DNA of 64,000 nt. Origin: Thalia democratica. Its lineage: Eukaryota. The stretch lies in contig OZ241830.1 in the NCBI GenBank assembly GCA_965202585.1, forward strand, positions 77,066,001-77,130,000, read 5' to 3'. How positions within the stretch are numbered: the stretch's first letter is position 1; each line of letters starts with the position of its first letter. Shown in pieces: positions 1 through 13,859 of the stretch. A program made the position numbers and the translations under genes. The notes under the pieces are model-generated. The model was not told where the DNA came from and made no database searches. It worked only from the letters and a program-made list of their open reading frames with translations.

Positions 1-163
1 TAAAGGCATAACTAATTAAAATTTGACAACACAAAATTTAATAACTTTTGAAGTAATCAGTGGTCACAATGGAATGTTATTTTTTAAACTTATCAAGTTA
101 AACAGTTGAGTGAGAGCAGTGAGTTTGTTTTACATTTGAAATAAATTTAAATGAAGGCATCTG

Positions 164-513
164 CAGGGTTGCTGAAAAAACCTGGAAAAACCTGAAATTT
201 GAGATAGTTTGCAAAAAACCTGAAAAATCTTAAATTTTCAACTATTTTCACATGCAAAGTAACAAAATTTCGATTGAAAATGAAAATCTATCATCAAGAC
301 AAAAATTTTTTGTTTCATTTAATATTTTTTCATTGAAAAACACAATTAAAATAGGTTTACACTTGTTTTTCAATGTTGTTATACTATTTGAGACAGTTAT
401 TTTTACCTTAAGTTTAGTTTTATGCTAAAAATGGACCAACAACTTGTCTTTTTAAAACTTAAAAAATATTCAAAAAACCTGAAATAAATTTAGAAAAACT
501 TTTGGCAACCCTG
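164..513. mobile_element. Non-autonomous DNA transposon (MITE), CAGGGTTGC-ended family
   Basis: Starts cagggttgctg and ends tggcaaccctg; subterminal aaaacctg(g)aaa motifs; flanks catctg/tatctg (5/6 direct repeat); internal similarity to 2795-3102 and 53339-53630. Confidence 0.8.
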
Positions 514-1644
514 TATCTGAATCTAAAATCCAACACAAGTAAATTTGAATTATTTGATATTAGCTTGTAGCCTATATGGAATATTATATCTAAGGTTCAT
601 TGTACTAATTTTTTTTTTCAAATTACCATACCTACTTAACTTTAAACATCAAATGAATACCATAATATTATTTTGTTTTTTATTGTTGGTCTGTAAGTTG
701 AAGTATAAAAGTTATAGTTATTTGATTCGTTGGTCAAAATGTTTTTTATAATCTGTTAAAGTTTAAAAAACAGTTATTCATTTTTTATCCAAGTTGTTTT
801 TTACACAAGTTAATTTTGAACTTTGATTAAAATGCCTAAAGCTTAAACTTTAAAATATCTTTTTTTCAAGAAAATAAATTTTGAAATATCATCAGTATTG
901 TAAAAACTCTAAGTAAACATTATACTACATGTTTACATGATTAATATAAACAAAGCAACTTGTATAAAAAATGTTAATGGACTTACTTATGGTATTACTA
1001 CTTAGATGCATTTGTTTCATAGATTTATTCATATTTTATCTGGAACTACTAGACAATGTAATTTTAATTATTTTTATACTAGGTGTATATATACGAGCTG
1101 TATAACTTATAAAAACTGTATTAATGCTAATTGTATATCTACAAATTGATTGCCTACAAATTTCTTATACTTAAAATTGAATAATTTAACTAGTTTTTAG
1201 ATTTTATAATCAATTTTTTAATGATTTTTTTTAATTAAAAATTACAGGTTGAAAATTATAAGATTAGAAGTGGAAAACTTTACTGAAATTCACGACAAAA
1301 ATTCAGCCTGTTTGGAACAACAATCTGAAAACTTGAGTTGGTAATTTTACATAAAACATTAATATGTATTTTCAAATGATTACAACTAAATATTTGATCT
1401 TTTTTTCTTTAAGGTTTATTAAAGTAATTAAAACAACATATTTTACACAACTCTTTTTTCTGATTTGGTAAATATAAAGGTAATGTTTGAAAACTCAGTT
1501 TACTAACGAACTCGAACATAAAAGTTTTATTACTTTTTATCGAATCTCTTTTGGTTTGCATCGTATGTTCAAAATTAAAAATAATAATTGAAATTGTTCA
1601 TAGTGTATATGTCTACTTTGTAAACAAAAAAAAAGGTCGCAGAA

Positions 1645-4600
1645 TGTCGCATGGACTGTTGTTGATGGTTCAGTTTTTTGCAGTCGATAATTCAAAAATA
1701 ATTGCAGGCGCACCAGAAAAAAATGAAAATTCATCAGATGAACCTCAACTAAATGATGAGGCAAACGAAGATGAAATGACGAATGAGACAAACGAAGATG
1801 AAATGACAAACGAGAAAAACGAAGTTCAGACGACGGAACCGGCTGATGATAGTGATCAGGATGAATCAGACGGAGAAGAAGGATATCTGGAAAAAGTTGG
1901 ATCAGAAAATTCAGAAGAAAATGAATTTGATGAAGAAGAAAGTGACTCGGAGAGCAGCGATGAATCGGTTGACATGTTAGTTTTATTTTGATGTTTTTGA
2001 TTTGAAAAAGTTTTAAATTTGCTTGAACTATATCATTTTAAATTATTGTTGCATATTTTGGACAAGTTGTTTTATTATTTTCTTATCCTTTTCTTATTTG
2101 TGTTGAAATGTTTTTCAGATTTGTTCAACTTATTTCTACATAAACATTAAAATTTGATAATTTAGGAAAATGCTTTGGAGTATTTTGAAAAGCCTGCAAA
2201 ACTTTATCAAAAATAAAGTTGCAACTCAAATACGCTTTGCTAAAACTACCTACTCTTTTTAATTGTTGTGTGCAAATTACTTTTTATTGTACCACAATAT
2301 TTTCAATAAAAATTTTATTATGTGAAAGTCTAAACAATAACTGCTTTTATTTAATTGTATTGCAGGAATTCCAATGAGTTATTAAACAAACAGATTTTTG
2401 CAGCACAATATTTTCCAAACATTTTCATTGTTAGTTTTTAAAATTATAAAAAACAATCATTTATGTTTTGTTTATTTGCAGGGATTTCAACGAGATGATC
2501 TCAAAGAAGAAAAACATCGGAGACGTTCTCAAAAACGTCGGGTCGAAATACGACGACGGGGAAATGAAAATCAATCAAGTCTCGCAGGAACTTTCCGACG
2601 AACATTCGGACGAAAGTTCCGGTGAAGACGACTCTGACGACGGCGGCGATGGATTTTTTACAAACGCGAACCTCGAGAAGTTTGCAAGTTAGTTTTACTG
2701 ATTTATTTTATTAAAATATTTAATTAAATTTTGTAAATATACAGTGCTCTGTTATAAAATTACAACTGAAAATTAGAAGTAACGTAGCTCTAACCAGGAT
2801 AGCCTGAAAACCTGGAATTTGAGAATAAAAAAAAACCTGGAAATTCAAACAGTTTTAACATGTTCAGTAGTAAAATTTCGATTTGACATAAAAAATCTAT
2901 ACTTTAGATAAAAATATTTGTCTTCATCTAGTTTTTTTATTAAAAATCACATATAAAGTAGCTTTACAGTATCTTTTTAATGTTTTTATACTACTTAGCA
3001 CCGTTTCTTACCTTAAACTTAACTTTAAACTAAAATTAGACCCAAAAATGTGTACTTTGAAAACCTGGAGAAAATTTAACAAAAAAACACTTTGCAACCC
3101 TGTTTAAGATAAAAGTATGATTATTTTTGGATGTTGATTATTATATGGAGCTCTGGAGAACCTGTTAAAACATTTTAGCTTAACAAAAATTAGTCGAATA
3201 TACCACAGTTGTTTTATTCCATACAAAAATATTATAACTTTTTTATATTGGCATTTTTGTTGTTTGTTCGTATAACTTTTTTGGTACAATTAATAATTTT
3301 TTTAATTAAACTTGTATTTAAAATTTATACTTGTATTGGTTAAGTAGCATTTATTTATTTGTATTATTTTATTACTTTATAACAACTTACCCACACAATA
3401 TATTACTTCATAAAGGTTTATCTTTGCTAACATTGATAAGAAATAATCTATTTGTTATTATTTTTGTTGTTATTTTGCCTTGAAAAAACAAATAAGACAG
3501 GACAAAACTTTATTTTTTTTAATAGAAAAAACAATCTCCGAGCAAGCTAGAGCTGAAAAAAATCCAAGCAAAACTAAAAAGCAACCAGCCAAAAATGTTC
3601 AGTCAAAAACCAGAAAAGCCCAATCGTCGAAAGTAGAGAAAAAACAAAAAGACGTTCCAATTAACAATGGTGATTTTTTACGCCTTTAAATTAATTGTAT
3701 TAAGCTTACACTTTAGCAACAAGCACATTCAAAAATTGTTTTTCATTTGTTTATAGCATTACTTAAAAATTTAGTTTATAATTTTTGTAATATCTCAATC
3801 TTTTTTTGAAAACAATGAAAATGATTTTTAAAGTTTTTTTTATCATAAGTTTATATTTGAATATACTATTAACTCCGTTAACATTATTTTAGTTTAGTTA
3901 CAAATATTTTTACTAAAAAAATAGCTCTAGGTAAAGTTACCGAAACAAATATTTAAACTTATATTTAAATTATTTTACCATAAAATTATATTTTTTATGC
4001 TTATAAATATTAGTTTGTTCATATATTTTAGGCAAAGTTACCAAAAAGAAAAAGAACCGTCTCGGGCAGAGAGAAAGAAAAAAGTTGTATGCACAAATGA
4101 ACCCTGATATAAAAACTAGTGAGTTATTTGTAATTTAAAAATATCTGCAAAAATAAGTCATTAGTGCACAAAAAAAATCAGAATCAAATATTATTAAGCT
4201 AGTTTGTTATAATACAAGGTTTATTCTCAAATGAATCATGAGATAAAAACTAGTAGTTTTAACAGAAAATAATTCTGATAAAAACATTACCAAGTTAACT
4301 TGATATAATAATGAAAATATATTGATCAGTTTTTTCGTTGCAACGTTAGCAGATCCTAAAAATTATTTTCTCTTAAAATTCTGGTGAGGTAACAGTCAAA
4401 GGATAAAAGTCATTTCCAAGTATAAAGTTTTATCTTAGTAAAAAATTATCTTAAATTTATTTATTAAGTTCATCCACTAAGTTAAAACGCCCTCAGTGAA
4501 AATTTTATTTCCTTGTGTTTAAAGAAAGATGTTCAAAAATGTAGAGTGAATTAGAAAAATAAGGATTTTATTCATTTCGGCATATAAATTTAAGATTCTC

Positions 4601-7600
4601 ACATTAATCAAGTTTACAATAAAATAAAGGTGAAAAAATATAGAATAGTTTTAATATTATTCCCATGTAACAAATATTACAATATAGACTTCAAATTAAG
4701 AAAGAACATAATGTGTTGTATCTACTAAATTGAAATAGTTTCAGAAAAAAATCTTTTTTTAATGAATAATTTTGTTATAAAAGGCCAAATAACTGGTCAG
4801 AAAATAATTCAGTTCTTAGTTTAACCTAATTATTTAAAATAAAGTTTACTGTCTCACATAGGTTTGCAATTCAATAAAATTTGTAAAGTTTTTTCTCATT
4901 ATGTGATGTCATTACATTTTACAACAAGTTGCGTGTACCAGGGTTGCCACTCGGTCAGGAAATCAGGAAAAGTCAGGAAAAATTAAAAAAAATGACAAAA
5001 GTCAGGAAAAAATGGGGGGTTTTGAAAAATAAGTCAGGAAAAGTCAGGAAATTTCATAAAATTAAAAAAAAAGTCAGATTTTGTCAGTTTAAACTTACAA
5101 AATTCCTTGTTTTCCAAAGCCTTCAAATGGTAAAAATTAATTAAAAGTCCTTTAAAGTCAGAAAAAATTTCCAAAATTTTCCTAGAAATTTACAAATATA
5201 TTTAATTTTATTTCCAATGCCTTTATCTGGTATAAATTAGTAAAATATCCATTACAAAACTGCAAAAATTGTCTATAAACATATTGAACAAGCAGATTTT
5301 GTAAGCTTTTTAGTATTAATGATCTGTAGCAAGGATACTTCCATAGTTAAACTGTGATATATATATAAAGTTTATCTAGCATAATTTTAGAATCAAAGTG
5401 TTTTTTGTTTAAGTAAATAATTGAGTTCTTTATAACTAAGCAGTTAATTTAGTATTTTATGTAACAAGTTAATGTGTATACTTTAACTCTTTATAATTTT
5501 TACAAAGTTGTTTAAATTTATAAAATAAGTTATAAGAGAGGTATATGCCAAGATTAAGTTTGTTTGTTTTTTTTTTGTAGAGTAACTTAAGTATTTAAAG
5601 TAAATAAGAGTATATTTATTTGTTACAAATTTTATACTAAACAATAAGAGGAGTTATTTTATAAATGAAAGTTAAAATAAATGAGTGTCCAAAGAAAAGA
5701 AATGAAGCCCACAAGTTGTGGCTTGATTTAGAGAAAAGATGCTATTCAACAAGTTTAGGGGCAGCAGATGAGAGTGATTTAAATAAAATGATGCAAATGA
5801 TTTTAACTGCCAAGAAAATGAAGCGGAATGCAGTTCAGATGAAGGAAACCATATCTTCATTAGATGAAGAGGTTGAAGTGCTAATAAAAAACAAAAATAA
5901 TAAATTTTAGTACATACATTTAAAAAAACAGTATTTGATTAAGTTCTTTATTGTTTTAATGTTTTAAGGCCATAGGGGGGGGGTCCGACTTTTTTTTTAC
6001 AAAAAATAACTTTGGCTTTTATATGAAAGCTTTAAATACAAACTACAAGCCTGTTTTTATAGATTTCAAAAATATAATTTAACTTTTGAGATATTTTATT
6101 TTTTGTAAAAAGTTTCCGATACAAACGTATGGACCGCAAATTTTTCGGGGTCAATTTTCTCGGAAATTTAAAAATTCACTAAAAACCTATCTCCTCCTTC
6201 ATTTTTTGACCTAGAGACTTCAAATTTTCAGAAAATGTTCCTTTTAATATTTTGAAGAGTCTGAACGTTGGAATTTTTGAAATTTTGAAAAATAAAAATT
6301 TTATCTACAAAAAACTAAAAAAAAGGGTAGTTTTTTGACAATAATTATTTTTTTACTCAAAATTAAAAAAAAATCCTACAATAGTTCTCTTTAAAGTTTA
6401 ATGATACACATTCTGTAAAAATTTGAGAAAGGTTACTCAAAAAATGAAGGAGGAGATAGATTTTTAGTGAAATAGTCTTTTTTCGCATTTTTAGTTTTTG
6501 CCTTCCATAAGGAACCTATTGAATGCCCTTTCTTTGATCGCTTATATCTCAAAACTTACTTTGAGTTTTTTTAAGCGGTTAAAAGTGTCTGATAGCTCAG
6601 ATTAAATTCTACAAAATAAGATCAAGTTGTAAAAATCAAAGTGGACCCCCCCTATGGCCTTAATTGTAAAAGTTCGTTATTGTTTTAAGGTTTGAATTGT
6701 GAAAGTTCCTTAATGATTCAAGGTTTTAATTGTAAAAGTTCCTTCTTTGTCGTTTGTTTATCTAGATATATTTGTGCTAGGAAATGCTAAAAAATCGTGC
6801 CTTTTTTCAGACAAGCTGTGTTTTAAGGTAATAGTACAAGTATTTTGCTGATAGAGCTGTTTATTACAAACATCAATCATACACAGATGGTTTAAGTGAT
6901 GTACTGGAAGTTGGATGATAGAATTCAGCAAAAAACTGTTGTTTTTAACCTGTATTTAAATTAGATTGAAAGCTTTATATAGTTTCAAGTGTTAGATTAT
7001 GTATTTTAGAATAAGTTTAATTTAAGAGTTTGATTAAGAAAAGTCAGGAAAATTTTGGTAAAAAGTCAGGAAATTTTTCTCAGCTTGATCAGTGGCAACC
7101 ATGGTGTACAGTTTAGTTAATATATATATACAAAATGATTCCAACAAAGACGCAAGGCTTTTAAAGTTGGTTTCATTTGAAACCGTGGAAAACGCGGTAA
7201 ACTTATTCTCTAAAGTTTGACGGTATTGAAGTTTTTAACAAAAAAACCGAGTGTAGTTAGCAGAAATATTAAATTTTCTGTTTTCATACTCTACCATTGT
7301 AGTTATAGATTTAAAATACATGATAGAGTACTCTTTATCTGTTGGTGCGCTTGTTTTCAAAGACTTAAAGATTGTAAACATGATTGCTGGCACGAAATAT
7401 TTGTCAAACTGCACCTAATAATATTCCATTATAAATATTACAGGAAATTAGTGGAGAAATATTCCAAGTGAGACTTCAAATAAGCTCAGTTTAATTTATT
7501 TAATTAAATATAATAAATATTTACTGCTGGAGAGATCAAGTGCTTGAAATTTTTTAAATTAAATGATTAATAAATATCTACAGCTACGAAGAAACCATTC

Positions 7601-7768
7601 AAGAAGGGAGGGAAGCAACCGAAGAAGCAGGAAAACAGACCAGCAGCACAACAAGTACAAGCAGAAGGAGATGTGCACGGAAGTTGGCAGGCCAGCCAGC
7701 AGTTGAAGAAGCAGCTGGCTATAAAGAAGTTCGAAGGCACCAGGATCACTTTCAGCGACAGTGATTAA
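1645..7768 (+). CDS. SRFBP1: BUD22/SRFBP1-family protein (ribosome-biogenesis-associated family); spliced, 5' end unresolved
   Basis: Phase-consistent exons ?-1975, 2482-2687, 3526-3669, 4032-4118, 7584-7768. Product has an acidic D/E tract, then KVTKKKKNRLGQRERKKLY, and ends DVHGSWQASQQLKKQLAIKKFEGTRITFSDSD*. These match the KKNRxGQR and LHPSWEAS...FQGKKITF motifs I recall for the BUD22/SRFBP1 family. The start coordinate is the first in-frame ATG of the acidic ORF and is uncertain. Confidence 0.75.
2795..3102. mobile_element. MITE, CAGGGTTGC-ended family (degenerate left end), in intron
   Basis: caggatagcc...ttgcaaccctg; internal similarity to 164-513; flanks tctaac/tttaag (4/6). Confidence 0.7.
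5665..5910 (+). pseudogene. Coding remnant inside the 6-bp-TSD transposon, possibly a transposase C-terminal coiled coil
   Basis: 81-aa charged helical ORF located inside the element; no catalytic motifs visible. The transposase assignment is inference. Confidence 0.35.
5968..6659. mobile_element. Kolobok-like MITE nested in the 4939-7103 element
   Basis: TTAA|ggccataggggg...cccccctatggcc|TTAA. A TTAA TSD with GG...CC termini fits Kolobok rather than piggyBac (CC...GG termini). Confidence 0.75.
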
Positions 7769-8971
7769 ATTTTTTATTAAGTTTGGTACTTGTAAGAATG
7801 TTTGTTGGGAAGTTTTTACTTGTTTTTAATTGTCGTACAAAAAAAAATTGTTACACTAAAAAATTTAAATCACATCAGTTAGGTGTTTGACTAAAGTTGG
7901 TATTTGTTAAAAATATTGTTAGGAAGTTTCTACTTGTTTTTATCGTACGAAAAATACTTATTACGATAAAAAGTATAAAACACATTCAGTAATAGTGATT
8001 AGAAATTTAATGATTTGACAAATATGAAAAAATATATAAATTAAGACTGTTTTTAGCAAAGTATATTTTTACACTGATAAAAAATACATTTGTTTAAATT
8101 TTAATCTAAAATTTTGTCATTTAACATTTATGCTTTAAAAATAGTTTTAACTTAAATAGAACTAAGACTTATTTGTTGGAACAAGGAAAAAAGATAATAT
8201 TGAATTTGTTTCCAATTGTGGTTTATAGAAAATTTTTTTAGAATAAATTTGATTTTTTAGTAATTGTGCTTCTAATAAAACTTTTGCACTCAAAAATAAC
8301 TCTAAATAGTATGTATTTTACACACATATCAAAGTAATAATGCTTTTATTTTGAAATATGTGGATTTTATTTTCAAAATATCCGAAAAAAATTTTTTAAA
8401 AATAATAGTTTTGTATATTGTTTTCTGAACCAATGACTCCAATTTACTTATATATTAGATTAATATATTTAATAACTAAAACATGTTAAACTTAAATCAG
8501 AGTTAAACTCAGGCCAAATTAATACTTTAGAAAACTCTGATTTGTTTGTAAATTTTTTTTGAAAAACTCAGGCTAGTATTGCATTGATGACAATAAAGTC
8601 ACTTTTTAAAATTTATAACTTGTATTTTTGCTACAAATAGTTTTTGTTCTTATTATAGCTTTTTTAGTATACATAGTTGATTAATAGTAAATTTGTTTAT
8701 TTATTCTTAAAACCTTTGCTTTTTCACAAAATCCTGCTAATGTTTTTTTAGTCTTTTAGGCTAGCTGTTTTGCTTTAAACAAATGCATGTAACAAAAAAA
8801 AAATTTAACAAAACAGGCGTTTTGAAAAGAAAATCTCAAAGTTTTATTGCATAGTAGAATGCACTATACTCGAAGTATAACTTAAGCTAAGTTTCGGATA
8901 AATTCATATCAATTGGAAATGATCTGAAATTCTAACAAAATTATGATAATGATATCACATATTATATAACT

Positions 8972-9148
8972 TCACGCCAGTTCGATCATCAGACCACAAG
9001 TTTCGGTAGACTGAGACTCAGTCTTTCGAAACTTGTGGTCTGATGATCGAATAGGCGTGATCAACCCTATTGTTAAACTTGAGCTTGTCTCACGGCAAAC
9101 GAAAGTCCAGGCTTCTGCTCTGCTGAATTTCGCCGATGTTTTTTGTTG
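8972..9148. mobile_element. 177-bp insertion with an 89-nt near-perfect hairpin and a 13-bp flanking direct repeat
   Basis: atattatataact at 8959-8971 and 9149-9161; hairpin 8972-9060; not seen at the paralogous site in unit B. Confidence 0.65.
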
Positions 9149-9224
9149 ATATTATATAACTGTTCAAAAATATAGCTTTGGTCGTTTGCCAACAAAAGTT
9201 CCTAGTGAAACAAGTTCACTGGAA

Positions 9225-9757
9225 TATAAATAAAAACAAATTATACAGTAATCTTCCTTTATTGTACCAGCATATGTTTCTGTGTGTTAACGAATCAACA
9301 CACTTCAACTGGGTTCTGTAAAAAAATAATTACTGTAATGAAAGAACAAAAGCATAGAATAAAGTACGTGTATACATGTTTTAAATTTTTACAGGTTAAT
9401 AATATGTAAAATACTTAATGTTAAATCCGACTGCTGTAAAACTAAATAATATTTGTAATTATTAAGTAAATAATATCATTAAGCACTTAATAATTACAAA
9501 TATTCTATAGTTTTATAACAGTCAGAATTAACATTAAGTGTTTTGTCTATTAATAACTATTAACCTGTAAAAATCTGTAGAAATAGTTTTATTTTAATGA
9601 AAACATGTATACACCTACTTTATTCTATGCTTTTGTTCTTTCATTACAGTAATTATTTTTTTACAGAACCCAGTTGAAGTGTGTTGATTCGTTAACACAC
9701 AGAAACATATGTTGGTACAATAAAGGAAGATTACTGTATAATTTGTTTTTATTTATA
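9225..9757. mobile_element. Foldback MITE (~160 bp near-perfect arms, weaker inner symmetry)
   Basis: tataaataaaaacaaattatacagtaatcttcc... is mirrored by ...ggaagattactgtataatttgtttttatttata; TA at both ends. Confidence 0.8.
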
Positions 9758-10798
9758 CATATTACATATAAATTATAAAAGTTATCTTGAAGTTTTGTTC
9801 ATTTATCATTTTTTTTTAAAAAGCTTTACATATATTTTAAACTTTTTATGCTTTTTAGTTTATGAGTAGTTATTGCTGTTAATTACTAAAATTTGAAGCA
9901 AGTTAGGATTATAAATTAAGTAATGTTTTTACTAAAAATCAATTAGTGCTATATACTCATTTTGATTTTTTTATATTAACAAGCACTCTCTCTCTAAATA
10001 TATCTATATCAGATGTACTCAAATATAGCTTTATAATTTAACACGTGTAACAAATCATAGCTTGAAAAGTTTGAATAATTTTATGATTGATATATAAAGC
10101 TATATTATTAAAAACTGACAAAATATTAATAGTTTATAGTTTTTTGCTTAAAATTTTAGTAAGAGCTTAAATTGAATTCTGTCAATAATTAAAGTTGGCT
10201 TAAACGAAGGAGAACTATGTAACCAGGTTAATTTTGTTACTGTTGAAATATTTTTCAAGTTCTACTCATCTAGTTTAATCAAGTGTGTGTTTTATTTACA
10301 GCTAGTATAATTAAGTTTTAGCATTTCTGTTTTGTTCAGTTTCTCGTTTGTTTTGTGGTCAACACTACATCACTATTCGGTCCTTTTATAAATAACGGGC
10401 CAGATTACCTGAAAAAATCCTTCGCGGGTCATATTTTTTTGAAAGGTTTTATTTAAAAATAAGTAAGTATGTATATAAGAGATAATATGCAATTAAACTA
10501 GTATGGTCACAAGCAGAAAATAAGCGTATTTGATAGCTCTTACTATAAAAAAGCATAAAGTTGCTGTTTTGCTTAACACATGTTTCCAGACCCCTGATTT
10601 TTACGATGGAGTGTAAAGCCTGCCTAACTATATATTTTTATATATAAACATACATAGTTTATTAGAAAAATGCAATTTTTAAAATCCAGAACATATAAAA
10701 ATTAATAAACTATTTAAAAGCCCATCAAGCGGGCTTTGTAAAAAGTGATGAAGTTTAAATAGTCCCCATCATTTTATGTATATATTTATGTTATTTTA

Positions 10799-10964
10799 CA
10801 AATAAGCTATACCATTTCTGCACCTTCAAATGGTTAAAATATCAGAAATAGTCAAGTTATATATAATATACAAGTACATATATTATATGTATATTAAATA
10901 TATTACTTGACTAATTCTGATATTTAAACTATTTTGAAGGTGCAGAAATGGTATAGCTTATTTG
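10799..10964. mobile_element. Tc1/mariner-like MITE
   Basis: TA|caaataagctataccatttctgcaccttcaaa ... tttgaaggtgcagaaatggtatagcttatttg|TA. Confidence 0.8.
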
Positions 10965-13859
10965 TAAGCTCAATTTTTTTAATAAATTTCTTTAACTTAT
11001 CAACATCAACCAAAAAAGAAGTTTACAAATTATTTATATTTTATTAGATTCAGGTATTGTAAATTAATTGTGTAAATTTTTTTTTCTAAGCATGATTTAG
11101 GGACTTTTCATCAGCAATTTAAAACAAACTTTTGTTATTAAAAGATAATTTTAGTTCACAGTATGAAGTCTATTAAATTTTTAGAAATGATGCTTGGTAG
11201 AGCTTCAATTTAATACAACCGTTTTAAACAACCTAGGTTTTTAAAACTAATATGATTATTAATTTTAAAACTATATAAGTAAACATTTGAAGTTAGACTC
11301 TGGGTGGGCTTAAAACTTGTCCATTACTGGTTCTTCAACAACAATAACAAAAAATTATTAAAATAAAAAAGCCAAGTTTCAACAAACAAATAAAGTTTTT
11401 TAATAAACACCCTATTATTGAAGAAATTTACATTTAATTACCAAAAAGTAAACTTATAATGAAATAAAAAGAAAATTATCAGCACACTTTTGTGAGCAAC
11501 TTGATAACCAAAGGTTTTTTTTTGCACCAGGTGTTAGGACTAAATAGTTTGAACACTTTACTCAATAGTATAAAAAATCTTAAAATGTTTTTGTTGCTTT
11601 CTTTTCTTTCTTATTTTTGTTTGCTTTCAAGGTCAGTTGTTTTAAGCTAAAAAGCACGTAGTAGACCAATAATTTTTTTTATTAAATTTTACTCAAGGAC
11701 TTCAGTTTGCGGACCATTAAACTAGATATAAGACAAAAACGATATATTATCCTTTAAATTTCTTTTTTTTTTGTGAAAGAAAATCAATTTATAATATAGT
11801 AACAAATTGCTTATTTCTACTATAAAAAATATAGTATCTGTTTAAAAAGAAGTTTTCAATGAGAGATTTACTAACTTTAGAAACAGCTGTAACTTACTTT
11901 TCAGTAGGCTATATACAAAATATACACCAGCCTAACTTATGCAGAAACTAGGCGCAATTTTAGATCATTTTCGTAGAAAGCAAATACTTTTTTTCTGCCT
12001 GCAACATATCTTTAACAAAACTATAAAGACATAGATATATATAAATAGATTTTCAGTTTTTGTTTTCCTCAAACTAAGATTATTCAAGTCCTCACAATTG
12101 CATTTTAAAAACCTGCTATATTTTTTTTTGATTAATAAACTTCTGATCTTGAACAGATAATAGTTAAGGAACTTCTGAAATCTTAAAATAAACTTAGTGC
12201 TGTCAGTGCTAATTTAAAATGACAATTTTTTCAGTCTAAAAACAAAATTTTTCTAAGATAAACGTTTTCAGGGTCATGAAAGTATGTCACATCACTATGT
12301 AATTTTAGAAATAAAATCATTTTAGAATACAAAACTGTGAGTTATTTAACAAACAGGTTTAAAGCTGGTATAAATCTTTCAAAACTTTAAAACTTTCTCA
12401 TAAGCTCTTTTTCAGTACGAAGATATATAAATTAATAATTATTAAAAGCTTTTAGATAACACTTTATAAGAAAAAATATAGAAAAACTAGCAACTTAAAC
12501 TGTAAAAAGACTAAAAACTGGCAGTCATTACCTTAAGTATCAATATTAAGGTCCAATTCATTAATTTTTACCATGCTATAAATAACTATACAGTGTATAG
12601 TTTAAAATTAAAGTACTATATATTAAAGCTCTAAAGGGTGCAAGACATTTGATGAATATATATATATATATATATATATTTATTTAAAACTTACGTGGGA
12701 CTAAATTAGTTTTTACATTCTTATTTTCTCTAAGTCTTTAGAGACTTGTCTATTTTGTATCATTTTTGTACTTTGCTGTTTTCATGTTTTCAAAAATTTT
12801 TAGATTACTAATTATTCAACAATAGAAACATAGTTATAATTGTTTTGTATTTTAAACAAAAAATACCAGTCTTTTTTACCAAGAAAGTTTTAAAGCTTAA
12901 AGATATTTTGATAAATCTGTGCATATGGACATTAACTGAAACTAAAAAACTTTATACCTAACACAACAAGTTCTACAGTTATAGCGTTTTGTTTCTTACC
13001 ATTCCCTTTTAACTTAAGCAGACATTTTTGTTGTTATACAAAAATTAAAGCGTTCTTTCATCGTTAATTAAATTTAAGATTTTGTAGATAACAGGTACAA
13101 AGCATTCATTTATTTTAAACATTAAAATAAAACTTAAACAGTACTAAACTGGTTATATTGATAGTCTTGCACAATTTCTGCATGTTTTATAGTTTATACT
13201 TTGTATAGCACTGATATGTACTTTTTGCACTTCTGAATTAGAATAGTAAATTGTTTTATCAAAAAAAGCTTTTAGTTATAATACACTGGTCTGGTTTACA
13301 ATGACATCAACAACTTTTTTCCTTATATTTATACAAATTTAGATTTTTTATTCTTCTTTATAGAAATTAAAGTATAATATAACATAACTTATAATAATCA
13401 TGATAATAATAAAAACAATATTACACATTTTGATATTTTGAAAATAGTATACAAAGATCTTTATTTCCAGATAATTTTATTTTGGTTTAGTTAATATACT
13501 GTTTTCCATGACTGATGAACATTTTTTCTAGATTATAATGTAAATACTGATAAGGTCTTTGACCTAAACTTAGATTACTAGTTTAAGTTTTTAAAGAATA
13601 AACGATAATAATAACAAACTAAAAAGTAAAATGAAGTCTATCATGTATTATAAAAACGCTTTGACAAGTCCCCGTCTAAAGTCTGACAAAAAAAAAACTA
13701 AAACATTTTGATTTTGTTTGTATTTATAGGATAAAAAAGAAAAACAAATTGCTTTTTAGCAACGAAGTGGATCCATATTGTTGTCATATACATTTAATAA
13801 TATAAAAGTTGTATTCAAGTTTTACTTTTTTTCTTGAATAAAAATCAGTTAAATAAAAA

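Larger units (their letters stand above)
4939..7103. mobile_element. 2.2 kb non-autonomous DNA transposon with 6-bp TSD, in the SRFBP1-like intron
   Basis: TIR cagggttgccact / agtggcaaccatg; perfect 6-bp direct repeat GTGTAC on both sides; subterminal (aa)gtcaggaaa motif arrays at both ends. Confidence 0.9.

Noticed and set aside
9020-9115. Hammerhead ribozyme in the 8972 hairpin (contains CTGATGA and CGAAAC)
   Set aside because: The motifs are locked in a perfect duplex, and their order and spacing do not give stems I-III in any permutation I could build.
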